36,739 bases of DNA from Kiritimatiellia bacterium (lineage in GTDB: Bacteria; Verrucomicrobiota; Kiritimatiellia; RFP12; UBA1067). The position numbers and the translations under genes are program-made. How positions within the stretch are numbered: the stretch's first letter is position 1; every line of letters begins with the position of its first letter. Below the pieces are notes generated by a model. The model worked only from the letters and a program-made list of their open reading frames with translations. It ran no database searches and was not told the origin of the DNA. Shown piece after piece: positions 35,832 through 36,739 of this stretch. The stretch is from NCBI GenBank assembly GCA_017507065.1, contig JAFWBO010000109.1, forward strand, positions 1 through 36,739. Direction: 5' to 3'.

Positions 35832-36704
35832 ATGAAAAGATACAATCACAAGCCGGTTCTGTTTGCTGCGGTATTTGCGGCAATAAATGTCGCGAGCGCC
35901 GTCGCAGCCGTGAACTTTCCGCTTGGGACCCATTTGATCAAAGGGACTCTCAAGGATTGGCAGAACAAGGTGCTAACATCGTCTTCGGCGGTGACAGTCC
36001 AGGCCGTCGCGACGAACGGAACGGTAATCGCCTCAACGCAGGTGGCGGACCCGACGGCGGACGGCTACAACTTCCTCCTGCAGATTCCGCTTTCCTCCAC
36101 GGCGACATCTTCCACTGCGGCCGTCGGCGACGATCTGAACTGCGTCCTCGTGCAGGATTCAGGGCTTTCGCTCGCGGTCAGTCCGATCAAGGTCGGCGAG
36201 GCGAATGCCGTATCTACGGTCGCTCTCGCGTACGTCAACATGAAGGACTACACTTCGACCAATGGCACGGGCACGACGGCGAGCGTCCCTGCGGAGTACG
36301 TCGAGACGATCGCCCCCTGGATGGATGCATACGAGATCGAGGGCGACTACGATCCCTTCGCCGACTACGACAACGACGGCGCGTCGAACTACGCCGAATA
36401 CCGTGCGGGGACGAATCCCTTTGACGCGACGGACAAACTTGCGATCACCGCCTACTCCGCGCCGAAGGACGCTCCCCATGCAATCAGCTTCGAGTACGCC
36501 GGCGGTCACGTCTACGGCGTCGCCACGACGCTCTCGCTCACGAATCCCCAGTGGGCGACGCAGAGGGTCAAGAAAACCGAGACGGACGTCGAGCGCGATC
36601 AGGTGATGCCGTCGGCCGACGAGGATGACGTGGGCATGGCGACAATCTACGTCGTTCCCGCTGAAGGCGCGAAGAGCCAGTTCTTCAAATTGGAGGCGCG
36701 TTGA
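35832..36704 (+). CDS. Hypothetical secreted beta-rich protein with a TSP3-like Ca-binding motif
   Basis: Signal peptide; Thr/Val-rich; DYDNDGASNYAEYRAGTNPFD; ends SQFFKLEAR. Confidence 0.75.
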   Translation: MKRYNHKPVLFAAVFAAINVASAVAAVNFPLGTHLIKGTLKDWQNKVLTSSSAVTVQAVATNGTVIASTQVADPTADGYNFLLQIPLSSTATSSTAAVGDDLNCVLVQDSGLSLAVSPIKVGEANAVSTVALAYVNMKDYTSTNGTGTTASVPAEYVETIAPWMDAYEIEGDYDPFADYDNDGASNYAEYRAGTNPFDATDKLAITAYSAPKDAPHAISFEYAGGHVYGVATTLSLTNPQWATQRVKKTETDVERDQVMPSADEDDVGMATIYVVPAEGAKSQFFKLEAR

Positions 36705-36739
36705 CGCGCATCCAACTTGAAAGGTTGAAAGGTTCCGTC

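Overview
A GC-rich, densely packed bacterial chromosomal window. About 31 genes lie on the + strand, many coupled by ATGA/GTGA overlaps. Gene content (lpxK, murG, ExbB/ExbD-TPR-VWA module, GHL10-type hydrolase, TSP3-like secreted protein) suggests a diderm PVC-group bacterium such as Kiritimatiellia; this taxonomy is inference. Housekeeping genes: fba, purM, ispE, tRNA-Gln(TTG), trmD, metY, folC, queH, murG, an N-terminally short purH, rpe, stand-alone coaC, a phosphohexomutase and lpxK. The AT-richer left edge holds the 5' part of a minus-strand ORF6N-domain gene that the ORF track misses, and its coding sequence contains a perfect 29-bp palindrome. Other notable points: ispE takes its last four codons and stop from the tRNA-Gln gene; a TMEM260/DUF2723-like membrane-TPR protein with an altered catalytic motif is coupled to a WP-repeat protein and a DPPR-synthase-like UbiA; an ExbBD motor is paired with a TonB-like VWA protein; and a recurring TGnTATAATA promoter motif includes one likely leaderless mRNA. 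No CRISPR array, transposase or integrase was seen.
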